IMG/VR virus record: IMGVR_UViG_3300036715_003541
Location: 21,346 to 85,345 of that record
DNA from: a virus
Strand: one strand, 5' to 3'
DNA: 64,000 bases
In this document: piece after piece, positions 9,391 to 18,612 of the stretch
Layout of the letters: the number at the start of each line of letters is the position of its first letter
Position numbering within the stretch: the stretch's first letter is position 1
Notes under the pieces: model-generated
What the model saw: only the letters and a program-made list of their open reading frames with translations
The model's database searches: none
What the model was told of the DNA's origin: nothing
Position numbers and translations under genes: made by a program

Positions 9391-12300
9391 TCAGAATAAT
9401 TTGCGACCAATTCTTGGGCTAGAGAAAGCTTTTTCCAATTGATCAGCGAGAGATTCAGACTCTCCAGTGCTGACAGATTCTGTAACACCAACTTGTGGCA
9501 TTACACCAGCTTTTCTAACAATTGGCTTAGCTTCAACAATACGTTGCAATGTGGTGAATTGCTCATCAGCAAATGACATGAGTTCATTTACTTGGTTTGC
9601 AATGTGTGATTCGGTTGAATCACAGAATCCACGAGCAGCCATTTTATGAGCCAAGTTATAGGCACGAGCCATTTTAACTTTGTAAACTTCGAGATCTTTT
9701 TCCATAGCAGCTTTTGCATGTTCTTTTACAAGTTCACCTGCAAATTCACCACCACCATCTGCTTGACCCCAATATTTCTTGTAATAGTCAATGGTTGTTT
9801 TATCAACACCTTGAGCTGCAAGTTCATCCAAATCTGATTCATCTAGTTGACCAGATGAAATAAGTTGGTGAATTTTTTCAGCATCTTTTTTGACCTTTGC
9901 TTTTGACAAAGAATCCATCATTGCATCATGAGTATCTTCTAATGTTTTGAATTCTTCAAAACCATCAGATTTTGTGGTAAGTGAATCCATAGAAACACTT
10001 CCTTCTGGATGAGCTTTGTCAAGCATTGGGTTCATCTTGAGTGTTTCAGCAGCTAATTTTTGACGAGCTGCAACGCGATCTGCACGGGTAGCAAGACTTG
10101 CTGTAACTTTGGAACCATCTGGTACAGTTACTTTACCACCTGAAGGTGTTGTGAATTGAGTGTCTGCATCTTGTTCATCTTCATCTTCATATGATTCCTC
10201 TGAATCTTCAGAGTCATCAGCAGAGTAAGAATCATAAGCATCGGAATCATCTTCCGAAGAATCTTCACCAGAAGAATCATCTGCATCCATGATCATATCG
10301 TTGACTGCTTGCAAATCATTATCAACATCTTTAATATCTTTGCTCAAAATATCTGCCATAAAATCATCTGCTGTCATATCATCATCCATTCCTGTATCGT
10401 AGGCTTCCTCTGCGCTTTTAACAAGTTCATTACCTAGTTTGCAATATTTAAGGAAAGCAGCGATCACTTGGAAACCATCTGCGATTGCAGATTTTGCTTC
10501 ACTGACTGCATAAGCAGTTGTGCTATCGATAATTTCACGATTTGCTTTTTTGGTAATTCCTCTGCTGTACAATGCACTAAGAGAGGTAAGTTCAGTTTCT
10601 GAATCTCGTAATTCGGCGATAACTTCTTTGAAGGTTTCAGCAAGTTCACCATTTAATTGTCTACGTAATGAATGCATTCCGCGTTGTGATGCAGCCGCTG
10701 CCATTGGAGCTACTTCACCCATTTCAGCTTTTTCATTTGTTAAATCGCGATAAGCTTCCAATGCATCTGAAATAAGTTCTTGACATTTTTCAAGAGTAGA
10801 TTGAAGTTGTTCTTTTGGATCGCCATCACCACCCATGTCTGGCATTGGCATATCTGCACCCATAGAACCTGATTCTTCTTTTGCTGGAGTTGGTGCTGGG
10901 CTAACGCTAACTTCTGCGGCTGGAGCAGCTGGTACTTGAGCGATTTTAAATAATGATTTAACTGCGCTTACGCCAGCTGTACGAACTTGGTTTACCAATT
11001 TTTGACCGAATTCACGAGTGGCAATGCTATCTCTTAGCATTTCATTTTTCTGAGTAAGTTCATCAACAGTTAAGCTAAGAACAACTTTGTCATCACTTGT
11101 GATTTGCCAGACAGATTCGCCTGCATCAGCTTTGCGATAAAATGAAGCTTTTAATGCACCAGCGCGAGAAAGTTTTTGTTTACGCTTTAGCTCATCACGT
11201 TCACTAACAGATTCAGGGCTTGGATGCAAGCCATCAACATCACCAACACCTGGAAATGGTTTTTGACCATGAAGATGTTTATCTAATTTGCGGGCTTTTT
11301 CATTCCCTGGATCAACTGGGTACTTGCGTTTGCCCAATGTTGGCTCATTAACATCGCCACCACCTTGGTAATAAGACTTTGCTTCCAAAGCTGTTTCGGC
11401 TACACCTAATGCAGCACGTCTGCGAAGTTCACGACTTTCAATTTCTGCACGAGCTAGCATTTTTTTACGTTCTAACTCGCTTTGTGGAACACTTTTAATG
11501 CCAGGATGTAATCCATCACGACCACCCATATCATCAACTTGCATTTGTTTGTCGCCATGATTACGAACATCTTCGTTCATTGGTTCTTTTGGATATTTGA
11601 CTTCACCAGGTGTTGGTTCATTTACGCCTCCGCCACCTTGAAAATAAGCTGTTCTATTTTGTAATTTACCTGACATTTCTTTTTCCTTTTCAAATTTATT
11701 TAACTGGTCTTGCATTGTTCTTAACTGAGCTTCTATGGAAGCAATGGATTGTAAAAGATATTGATCTTCTGACGCGTATCGTGCAGCTGGAGGCGAAATT
11801 TGGTCTACCTCTGCGATTTGTGAATCATCTGAATTTTGAATGTCTGAATCTATTTTAGATTCATCATTATGCGTAGTTTCTGATAATGCATCAATGTATT
11901 CTAATGTTTTTTGTATTTCTGCTTTTAACTCGTCCAATGTTTTGATACTATTACCACCAAATGATTTTACGTTATTATCATCTTTTGCAACATCAATATG
12001 AAAGTTAAATGAAGAAGCTGTTTTTAAATTTCTTGCTTCAAAATATTTATCAATGTTTTGCTTCATAGCAATAACATGTTTGATTGTAGCTAAACGGTCA
12101 GCAGGTGTTACAACAATAGATAATTCAATTGGATTTAACTTTAAATTGATTTCACCTTCAGCTGTTTTTGTACGCATGTGAGTACAAAAATCTGATTCAA
12201 CAGTTGCTTGTTTTTGGCAATTCATGCAAACAGCAACGCCAACTCCAGTACCCATAGATACATTGTTAGATACGCCTGTTGAAACTTTTCTAGCTAAATC

Positions 12301-12828
12301 AGGATAATTTATTTTATCCAATGCACATAATGCTATAACTCTTTTTCTATCATGATCATAATAAGTATCAACAATGAAACCTCTAACATGATCTACAGAT
12401 GAAGATTTGTGATCAACACATAATGGTTTACCAACCCATTTTTTATATGCTGGTATTTTTTCACCGTCTTCTTCAGCATGAGCCAATAACTCTGACTCTG
12501 GGAATATATCACCATTTGCGTTTTTGTATGGACGAATTGTTGGATCATTGGTAATCCAACGCCATTTTTCATCCCAAGATACCTTTACAGGTTCGCCACT
12601 TTTTGTAATTTTAGATTTACCAGTGCCATCATATGCAGATGCTTCAGCAGCATGAATAATTGTTGCTACGAAATAAAGAAAATCTTTTGCTTTTGGCGCT
12701 ATATTTTTTAAATTATGTGCGATTTTTTTAAAATCATCTATAACAACATCATCTATAATTGGTGAGTCTGCATTAAACGCCTCAATCTTATCAATAGAAA
12801 GAGCTTCGCCTATTTTTTTAAAACCCAT
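9391..12828 (-). CDS. Prohead protease fused to scaffold-like domain
   Basis: 1145 aa, GAGGA RBS. The first ~250 aa have NANGDIF, VDH, GFIVD, VSMG, CxxC..C..H and ELSIVVTPAD, typical of HK97/assemblin-fold phage maturation proteases. The rest is coiled-coil and acidic, scaffold-like. Confidence 0.8.
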   Translation of the reverse strand: MGFKKIGEALSIDKIEAFNADSPIIDDVVIDDFKKIAHNLKNIAPKAKDFLYFVATIIHAAEASAYDGTGKSKITKSGEPVKVSWDEKWRWITNDPTIRPYKNANGDIFPESELLAHAEEDGEKIPAYKKWVGKPLCVDHKSSSVDHVRGFIVDTYYDHDRKRVIALCALDKINYPDLARKVSTGVSNNVSMGTGVGVAVCMNCQKQATVESDFCTHMRTKTAEGEINLKLNPIELSIVVTPADRLATIKHVIAMKQNIDKYFEARNLKTASSFNFHIDVAKDDNNVKSFGGNSIKTLDELKAEIQKTLEYIDALSETTHNDESKIDSDIQNSDDSQIAEVDQISPPAARYASEDQYLLQSIASIEAQLRTMQDQLNKFEKEKEMSGKLQNRTAYFQGGGGVNEPTPGEVKYPKEPMNEDVRNHGDKQMQVDDMGGRDGLHPGIKSVPQSELERKKMLARAEIESRELRRRAALGVAETALEAKSYYQGGGDVNEPTLGKRKYPVDPGNEKARKLDKHLHGQKPFPGVGDVDGLHPSPESVSERDELKRKQKLSRAGALKASFYRKADAGESVWQITSDDKVVLSLTVDELTQKNEMLRDSIATREFGQKLVNQVRTAGVSAVKSLFKIAQVPAAPAAEVSVSPAPTPAKEESGSMGADMPMPDMGGDGDPKEQLQSTLEKCQELISDALEAYRDLTNEKAEMGEVAPMAAAASQRGMHSLRRQLNGELAETFKEVIAELRDSETELTSLSALYSRGITKKANREIIDSTTAYAVSEAKSAIADGFQVIAAFLKYCKLGNELVKSAEEAYDTGMDDDMTADDFMADILSKDIKDVDNDLQAVNDMIMDADDSSGEDSSEDDSDAYDSYSADDSEDSEESYEDEDEQDADTQFTTPSGGKVTVPDGSKVTASLATRADRVAARQKLAAETLKMNPMLDKAHPEGSVSMDSLTTKSDGFEEFKTLEDTHDAMMDSLSKAKVKKDAEKIHQLISSGQLDESDLDELAAQGVDKTTIDYYKKYWGQADGGGEFAGELVKEHAKAAMEKDLEVYKVKMARAYNLAHKMAARGFCDSTESHIANQVNELMSFADEQFTTLQRIVEAKPIVRKAGVMPQVGVTESVSTGESESLADQLEKAFSSPRIGRKLF
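11160..11650 (-). repeat. Internal ~70-aa tandem duplication in scaffold
   Basis: YFQGGGGVNEPTPGEVKYP...DGLHPGIKSV..ELERKKMLARA versus YYQGGGDVNEPTLGKRKYP...DGLHPSPESV..ELKRKQKLSRA. Confidence 0.9.
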
Positions 12829-12951
12829 ATTGTTCCTCGTTAAATCAACTTTAAATTTGTAATCTCAGATATTATATATTAAATTTACCATATCAGAAGA
12901 TGAAAGGCTGAATTTCATAATATATATAGCATTTTAAATGGACTACAATAA

Positions 12952-12980
12952 AAAATAATACGCATATTGCGTATTATTTT
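12952..12980 (-). terminator. Terminator-like hairpin (possibly bidirectional)
   Basis: Perfect inverted repeat aaaataatacgca-tat-tgcgtattatttt. Confidence 0.65.
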
Positions 12981-12983
12981 CGT

Positions 12984-13124
12984 TTAATTGCTTTTAACTT
13001 CCACTTCTTTCTTCGGAGTGGTTTTTTTTAATTTTAAAGGTTCTTTGGTTGCTTTCTTCTCTTCAACCAAATCTTCTTCTTTTATTACTGCATCAATTTT
13101 ACCATCACCGTTTTTAATAAACAT
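12984..13124 (-). CDS. Small hypothetical protein (46 aa; missing from ORF track)
   Basis: MFIKNGDGKIDAVIKEEDLVEEKKATKEPLKLKKTTPKKEVEVKSN*. GAGGA RBS; fills the gap between the upstream gene and the terminator. Confidence 0.65.
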   Translation of the reverse strand: MFIKNGDGKIDAVIKEEDLVEEKKATKEPLKLKKTTPKKEVEVKSN

Positions 13125-13126
13125 AA

Positions 13127-13729
13127 TCATTCCTCATTATATAAACGTAAAAGCAATGGAGTTCTTTTTTGAAGCTTTAAATCCAAATCTTTACTCACTT
13201 GGTTCATCCAATTTTCTGACAATATATTTTCTTGAATATATTTCTTTACACGATCTTTCATAAGATCTTGCAATTCCTCAGATTGTACCTTTATAGAATC
13301 AATAGATTTAATTGCATTTGAAATAAAATCTTTGGAATCAATGGATTCAAATAATTTTACAAAATCATTGATTTTATCTTCTAAAATATCTATGGAAGAT
13401 ATAAAAGATTTTGTTATTTTTACAATTTGTGTATCAGATGAAAATGGTGTTAATGATTTAACACATTCTAAAGATGATTTCTTTAAATGATTAAAATTCT
13501 CAACAACTTTATCTCTAAATCTACGGAAAGCAGATCTGTGATTAAAATTTTCTTTTGGATCTACATTTTGCGCATCTTTGAACGAAGTGTAAATAATATT
13601 TAAATGGTCCAATGCACCATCCAATATTTTTTGGTTTCGTTTAAAACAAGAAATAGCGTGCATTGCTTGCTTTTTTTCTTCTGTAGTTACGTCATAAGAC
13701 ATGTTTGTAATGTAAGCTTTTTTTATCAT
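13127..13729 (-). CDS. Hypothetical helical protein (head block)
   Basis: 200 aa, begins MIKKAY. Confidence 0.6.
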   Translation of the reverse strand: MIKKAYITNMSYDVTTEEKKQAMHAISCFKRNQKILDGALDHLNIIYTSFKDAQNVDPKENFNHRSAFRRFRDKVVENFNHLKKSSLECVKSLTPFSSDTQIVKITKSFISSIDILEDKINDFVKLFESIDSKDFISNAIKSIDSIKVQSEELQDLMKDRVKKYIQENILSENWMNQVSKDLDLKLQKRTPLLLRLYNEE

Positions 13730-13738
13730 ATCATCCCA

Positions 13739-14383
13739 TTAAACAGAGTTTAAATCACGCATTTGAGTTGGACCTAATCCATATATCAAGTCGGCACCTT
13801 CAGTTTGACCGTTTTGAGGAAACTGCTCTGTTATTTCTCCAGTCATAACCTCAGATTTACTACTTGTATTTCTTCCATCAGTTTGATCATCATAACTTCT
13901 ATAAGAAGGTAAAAATGGTGCTAAAGAAGTTGTATAATTACCCTCTACAACAGATGCCTTATCATCATCTACATTTTGTCTTGAAAGCATTAATATGTCA
14001 TCCGTGAAAAATGTATCAAGATTTTTTATCGTTTTTTCCAAAACATGTTCTTCCATATAATCTCGCTTGTTTTTCATACATTGTAAAAACTGATTATGGT
14101 ATTCTTTTAAAAACAAAATAACTTGATCTTCATTGCATCTCTTGCGAAGTAAACGCATAATCCCACTCAATGTGGTTGAATCTGCATCTTCTAAATTTAT
14201 TGTTTCAGCGGTTTTATTTTCAAAGTGAATTCGCTTAAAATTCTTCTCAGCTTCATTGTAACTATTATATTCACCCATTTTTTTTCCACCCTCGGAAAAA
14301 ACAATGTACTTACCTTTTGCCTTTTTAATAAAAGCAACCTTAGCAAGCTCTTGAATAAGATAATTTATTTTTGTGAAATTCAT
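13739..14383 (-). CDS. Hypothetical protein (head block)
   Basis: 214 aa. KVAF precedes a small domain IKKAKGKYIVFSEGGKKMGEY; KTAE follows it. Confidence 0.55.
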   Translation of the reverse strand: MNFTKINYLIQELAKVAFIKKAKGKYIVFSEGGKKMGEYNSYNEAEKNFKRIHFENKTAETINLEDADSTTLSGIMRLLRKRCNEDQVILFLKEYHNQFLQCMKNKRDYMEEHVLEKTIKNLDTFFTDDILMLSRQNVDDDKASVVEGNYTTSLAPFLPSYRSYDDQTDGRNTSSKSEVMTGEITEQFPQNGQTEGADLIYGLGPTQMRDLNSV

Positions 14384-14769
14384 TTGTTGTTTTTAAAATA
14401 ATTAGCTATATCATTAACTTTTTTGCTGGAAACCATTGTATCTTGCAAATTACCATTATTATCCGCTATATTTACAGCTTTGATCGCTTTCTCATGAATA
14501 ATAACAATATTTCCAGATTTTATATTTTTTGTTTTTTGATCTACAGAAATAGAATCTAATATAATACACTCACCATATGCGCCAATAAATTTACCAACAA
14601 ATACAGCTGAATAATTAAATGAATTTTGATCTAAATGAACTTCCTCGAAAGCATCACCTGTATAAATTTCAACAATTTCATCTTCTAAAAAAGAAAACAA
14701 AAATTCACAAAATGAATTTGAACTTTTCTTAGATTCATTTATCTTATTTGTGATAAATTCTTTTTTCAT
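14380..14769 (-). CDS. Hypothetical protein (small beta domain)
   Basis: 129 aa, ATGA-coupled to both neighbours. Confidence 0.55.
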   Translation of the reverse strand: MKKEFITNKINESKKSSNSFCEFLFSFLEDEIVEIYTGDAFEEVHLDQNSFNYSAVFVGKFIGAYGECIILDSISVDQKTKNIKSGNIVIIHEKAIKAVNIADNNGNLQDTMVSSKKVNDIANYFKNNK

Positions 14770-15794
14770 AAAGAACCTAGTACCTTTAATGCAAATAATC
14801 TACCCATTGAATCAATGGAATGCTCTGTTAACTCAGAGGCATAAGGACTTCCAGTAGATATTTTAAAACTAACAGAAGTAAATCCTGATTTTTTCAATGT
14901 TTTATTGAAATGTTTTTCAATTGTTTCTAACAATAAAGCAACAGCTTGCTTTTGTGTTGGCTTTAATGCTTTATTAAAAGAAAGTTCTGTGCAATGCAAT
15001 CTATCTGAGTGTATAGAAGATGCTAAATTAAATTCTTCATACAATGCAAGTGATGCTATTTTTGAAAATTCAACCGCGCAATGAGAATCATTATGATTTA
15101 TGATGATTTTAGTTGCTGATTTTGGAAAATCTGTAAGTATTTGATTCATTAGTGCCCCAATTTCTTTTGATGCGTCTTTATTATCTGATTTTATTGATTC
15201 ATTATCCGATACATTTGAATTTGTAGCCATATAATAAGCTTTTAATGCATCTTGATACAACTTTGATTTTTTTTTATGATCAAGTATTCTTTCCAAATCA
15301 CCAAAAGTAATTTTACCATCCTTATCCTCGTCTAAACCAGGATTTTGTTGATAAACCAATCTTTCATATTTAGCGCTTTGACCAGGTATATGAGAGGTCA
15401 CCGCATTCTTATCTACCAATATAGCATTTGAATCTCCAGCTTGAATATCTTTTCTAGATAATAATGATGGTAAAAAGTTTGAACAATAATATTGAGCAGC
15501 ACTCGAAAACGGTTTACCACCATTCATCTTTTTTTGACCCTCTAATATTTTTTCAACATAATTTAATTGCTCGAAATCTTGCAACTTAGCAAATTCTTTA
15601 TGAGAGCCAGTAAAACCAGCTGCAGATAATGTTTGTGTTGTAGCGGCAATTAAACCTGACGCAATATGATTTCCAGCAGCTGGATTTAAACCAGATTCAC
15701 TACTCATAATTAAAAGAACATCCTCAGGCTTCATAGAAACCTTTTCGCATATCTCTTTTAATTTGATGAAAAATTTATTCGATAATTTAGACAT
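14766..15794 (-). CDS. Lytic transglycosylase (SLT/lysozyme-like), probably virion-associated
   Basis: ESGLNPAA catalytic-Glu motif, ASGLI motif II, YQQNPGLDEDKDGKIT. Confidence 0.75.
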   Translation of the reverse strand: MSKLSNKFFIKLKEICEKVSMKPEDVLLIMSSESGLNPAAGNHIASGLIAATTQTLSAAGFTGSHKEFAKLQDFEQLNYVEKILEGQKKMNGGKPFSSAAQYYCSNFLPSLLSRKDIQAGDSNAILVDKNAVTSHIPGQSAKYERLVYQQNPGLDEDKDGKITFGDLERILDHKKKSKLYQDALKAYYMATNSNVSDNESIKSDNKDASKEIGALMNQILTDFPKSATKIIINHNDSHCAVEFSKIASLALYEEFNLASSIHSDRLHCTELSFNKALKPTQKQAVALLLETIEKHFNKTLKKSGFTSVSFKISTGSPYASELTEHSIDSMGRLFALKVLGSL

Positions 15795-18576
15795 TGTATT
15801 TTTTATATTTTTCTAACAAATACCCATTGTTTCTATATGTTTTTGCAATTTTTCTGTTTGCTTTATTCTTAGAGATTTTTAACAGCATTTTCTTTATAGA
15901 CTTTATACTCGCATATGCAGAATCTTTTCTAGCATCCTCATCTTTTATTTCATCTGTATAAGTATGAGGTTCAACTTCATCCTCCATAGACTCCGTATCA
16001 ATTTCATCTACTTTTAATTCTTGTTTTGCTGGCTTCTCAGATTTCATGTCTGCTAATTGACTCACCAAAAACATCTTTATTTCTTCAAGTTGTTTTTTTG
16101 TTTTCTTAGATAAGCTACTTTTTAAAACATCCAATTGTTTACTAGTCATTTTATTTATCTTGCTTGTATTTTTTAAGATAAATTGTATTAACTCATCATT
16201 ATTTTCAGATTCTTCAACTTGCATCTCAGGCTCAGTAGAAGATTGTTCCGGTAAAGATTCAACTGGCTTAACAGTAGTATCTTCATATACAACTTCACTT
16301 GGAGCATTACTTAGCTCTACTTCTTCTTGGATAATTGCTTGTATAGAATTTATTGCTGAAATTAAATTTGATTTATATTCATTGTCAGGATAATGTTCTA
16401 TTTCATTTTTTAAAGATAAAAATTTAGAATAAAGATTGGTGAGCAACTCTTGTTTTTTATCTTTATTTAATTCAGAAGTTTCACCATTGTAGATTTTATC
16501 TACAAAAATACGATTACCATCTGTAATGTATGTGAATAATGTTTTTATTTTTTTAACAACACTTTCAATACCTTCTTTGTCTAGTAAAGATCTTCCAATA
16601 TTTGAAAACAAACCATTTAACTTGGAAGATGTATCTTCCACTAAAAGATTATTTATATTTTCATTTGTCTTGCTTTTTTCTTTTGAATATTGATATTCAA
16701 AAATGTTAGAATGAAATATGAATTTACCATTTTCATAAGAGCCAAGATTCATTAACTCAGATTCAACTTCACTTGGTAATTGACTTGTTGCAAGCAAATA
16801 ATTAATAGAAGATAACTCTTTGTTAAAACTTCTTGTGATATATTTTTCCAAATTTTTTATAGATTCTAATGTTTGATTTTCTTTCTTGAATTTCATGGAT
16901 TCTAATAGTGATTTTATTTTTGAAATCATTTTTTCATTAAAAGAAATAAATGAAGAATTCAAATCCTCCAAATCTACATCTGACAAATTATCAGAACTTA
17001 CCAACACACCATGTTCTTCAAACAAATCCATTAAATCTTTTTCGGATTTTGTTCCTTCATTCATTTTTTTCTTGAATGCAACAACAACTGGAATTTCTGG
17101 AGATTCAGTGGGTTTATGTTCTGTAATTAATGGCGCACTTTCTGTAATAACTTCTGTTGCTGTTTTTACAGCCGCTTCAGTAATTGCTGCAGCCTCTGGA
17201 TTTTTAGGAGTTTTACGTGGTCTGCCTCTGCCACGCTTTACAGGCTCTTCTACCTTTGTTGGCACTACAGTTGTGTCTACTACGATTGGAGCCGTAGAAT
17301 CGTTATCTATGGGGCTTACAGGTACTATCTCTGGACCTACTGCCATTGCTGTATCAATGGCTGCATCCGCAATGGATGAATCTGTATCCAATGATTGTTC
17401 TATCTTCTCATAAGAAGCGGCTGCAATATCTGATAATTCTGCATTGTCTGAAGATTCTAATTTCTTTAAAGATAAAACGGTAGCTTTTAATTTTGGAGAA
17501 GATACTTTTTTCTCCGAAGCTTGTATCGCCAAAGCGGCAACAGAATCTGTTAATGCCTTAATTTGATCTTGAATACCAGCTAAATTATCTTGGCTTCTGG
17601 AATTTAAAAGCATTAACATTCCATTTAATTTATCTTCTAAAGAATTTGAATATGCAGCCTCACTAATAGATTGTTCATTTAACTCACCGGGTACCACAGA
17701 ATCGATTTCTTTTTGAGCAACTTTCTTTTCTACCAATTCTTTTTTTACTGACTCTGTGTAAACTTCAGAACTTGGTAAAATAGATAAAATAGGTTTTAAT
17801 GTTGTTTCTTCAAATTTCTTAAAAGAAGCTAAAGCATTGTTTGCATCACGTGTAATACCAGCGAAAGAATTTAAATAAGAAGAGTAATTTCTTTTACTTA
17901 AATAAAGCTTCATTGCCTTAAATTTATCACGTATGCTTTTTTCAATAGATTTTGCTTTACGCAATTCTAATTCTGTATTTTGTGCAAATTGTTTGAATTT
18001 TGGATCAACTCTGCAAAGTTCATTAATACTTGAGCCAAAGAAAAAGTTTATAACCATAGAGCCAGCGAATGAATCCAATAATGAATCCATAACGCCAGCA
18101 GTTTTTACAAGTTGTTGACGAGATAATCTTGCTTCTTTTGTACCCATTCTTTGCAATAAATTTTGTATTTCTTGCTTTTGTTTTTCAGAATAGTTTTTAG
18201 ATCTATCTCGATAAAGATTTTCAGCAAATTGTTTTACATATTGACTATTTTCAATATCTGAAGAAAATTCCGCACCTTTTGCAGTAATTTCACCCAAACG
18301 ATAATAAAAATTAGAAATATAAGTGGAAGCCAAAACATAATCTTTATCTTTAATAGCAGTTGTTGCATTTTTTAAAATTCTTTCAAATGTTTCTGAAGAA
18401 CTAAAACCACTCGCATCACCAACTGCTATTTTACGAATATCACCATCAAGTGCACGAATCGCATCACCATATTGTTTTAAATCAGATGAAAAGAATTCTG
18501 CGATAGTTCCAGCAATATTTGTATTAAAATAAAAGAAGTTTCCAACTTCGTATTCAGATTGAGCTTTTTTTTTCAT
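15787..18576 (-). CDS. Large putative internal head protein with AT-hook
   Basis: 929 aa, GGAG RBS. Begins MKKKAQ; LVKTAG; KRGRGRPRK AT-hook in a low-complexity linker. Confidence 0.55.
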   Translation of the reverse strand: MKKKAQSEYEVGNFFYFNTNIAGTIAEFFSSDLKQYGDAIRALDGDIRKIAVGDASGFSSSETFERILKNATTAIKDKDYVLASTYISNFYYRLGEITAKGAEFSSDIENSQYVKQFAENLYRDRSKNYSEKQKQEIQNLLQRMGTKEARLSRQQLVKTAGVMDSLLDSFAGSMVINFFFGSSINELCRVDPKFKQFAQNTELELRKAKSIEKSIRDKFKAMKLYLSKRNYSSYLNSFAGITRDANNALASFKKFEETTLKPILSILPSSEVYTESVKKELVEKKVAQKEIDSVVPGELNEQSISEAAYSNSLEDKLNGMLMLLNSRSQDNLAGIQDQIKALTDSVAALAIQASEKKVSSPKLKATVLSLKKLESSDNAELSDIAAASYEKIEQSLDTDSSIADAAIDTAMAVGPEIVPVSPIDNDSTAPIVVDTTVVPTKVEEPVKRGRGRPRKTPKNPEAAAITEAAVKTATEVITESAPLITEHKPTESPEIPVVVAFKKKMNEGTKSEKDLMDLFEEHGVLVSSDNLSDVDLEDLNSSFISFNEKMISKIKSLLESMKFKKENQTLESIKNLEKYITRSFNKELSSINYLLATSQLPSEVESELMNLGSYENGKFIFHSNIFEYQYSKEKSKTNENINNLLVEDTSSKLNGLFSNIGRSLLDKEGIESVVKKIKTLFTYITDGNRIFVDKIYNGETSELNKDKKQELLTNLYSKFLSLKNEIEHYPDNEYKSNLISAINSIQAIIQEEVELSNAPSEVVYEDTTVKPVESLPEQSSTEPEMQVEESENNDELIQFILKNTSKINKMTSKQLDVLKSSLSKKTKKQLEEIKMFLVSQLADMKSEKPAKQELKVDEIDTESMEDEVEPHTYTDEIKDEDARKDSAYASIKSIKKMLLKISKNKANRKIAKTYRNNGYLLEKYKKYNV

Positions 18577-18612
18577 TTATATTTCTCCAAAAGAAATGAG
18601 ATAATATTCATA

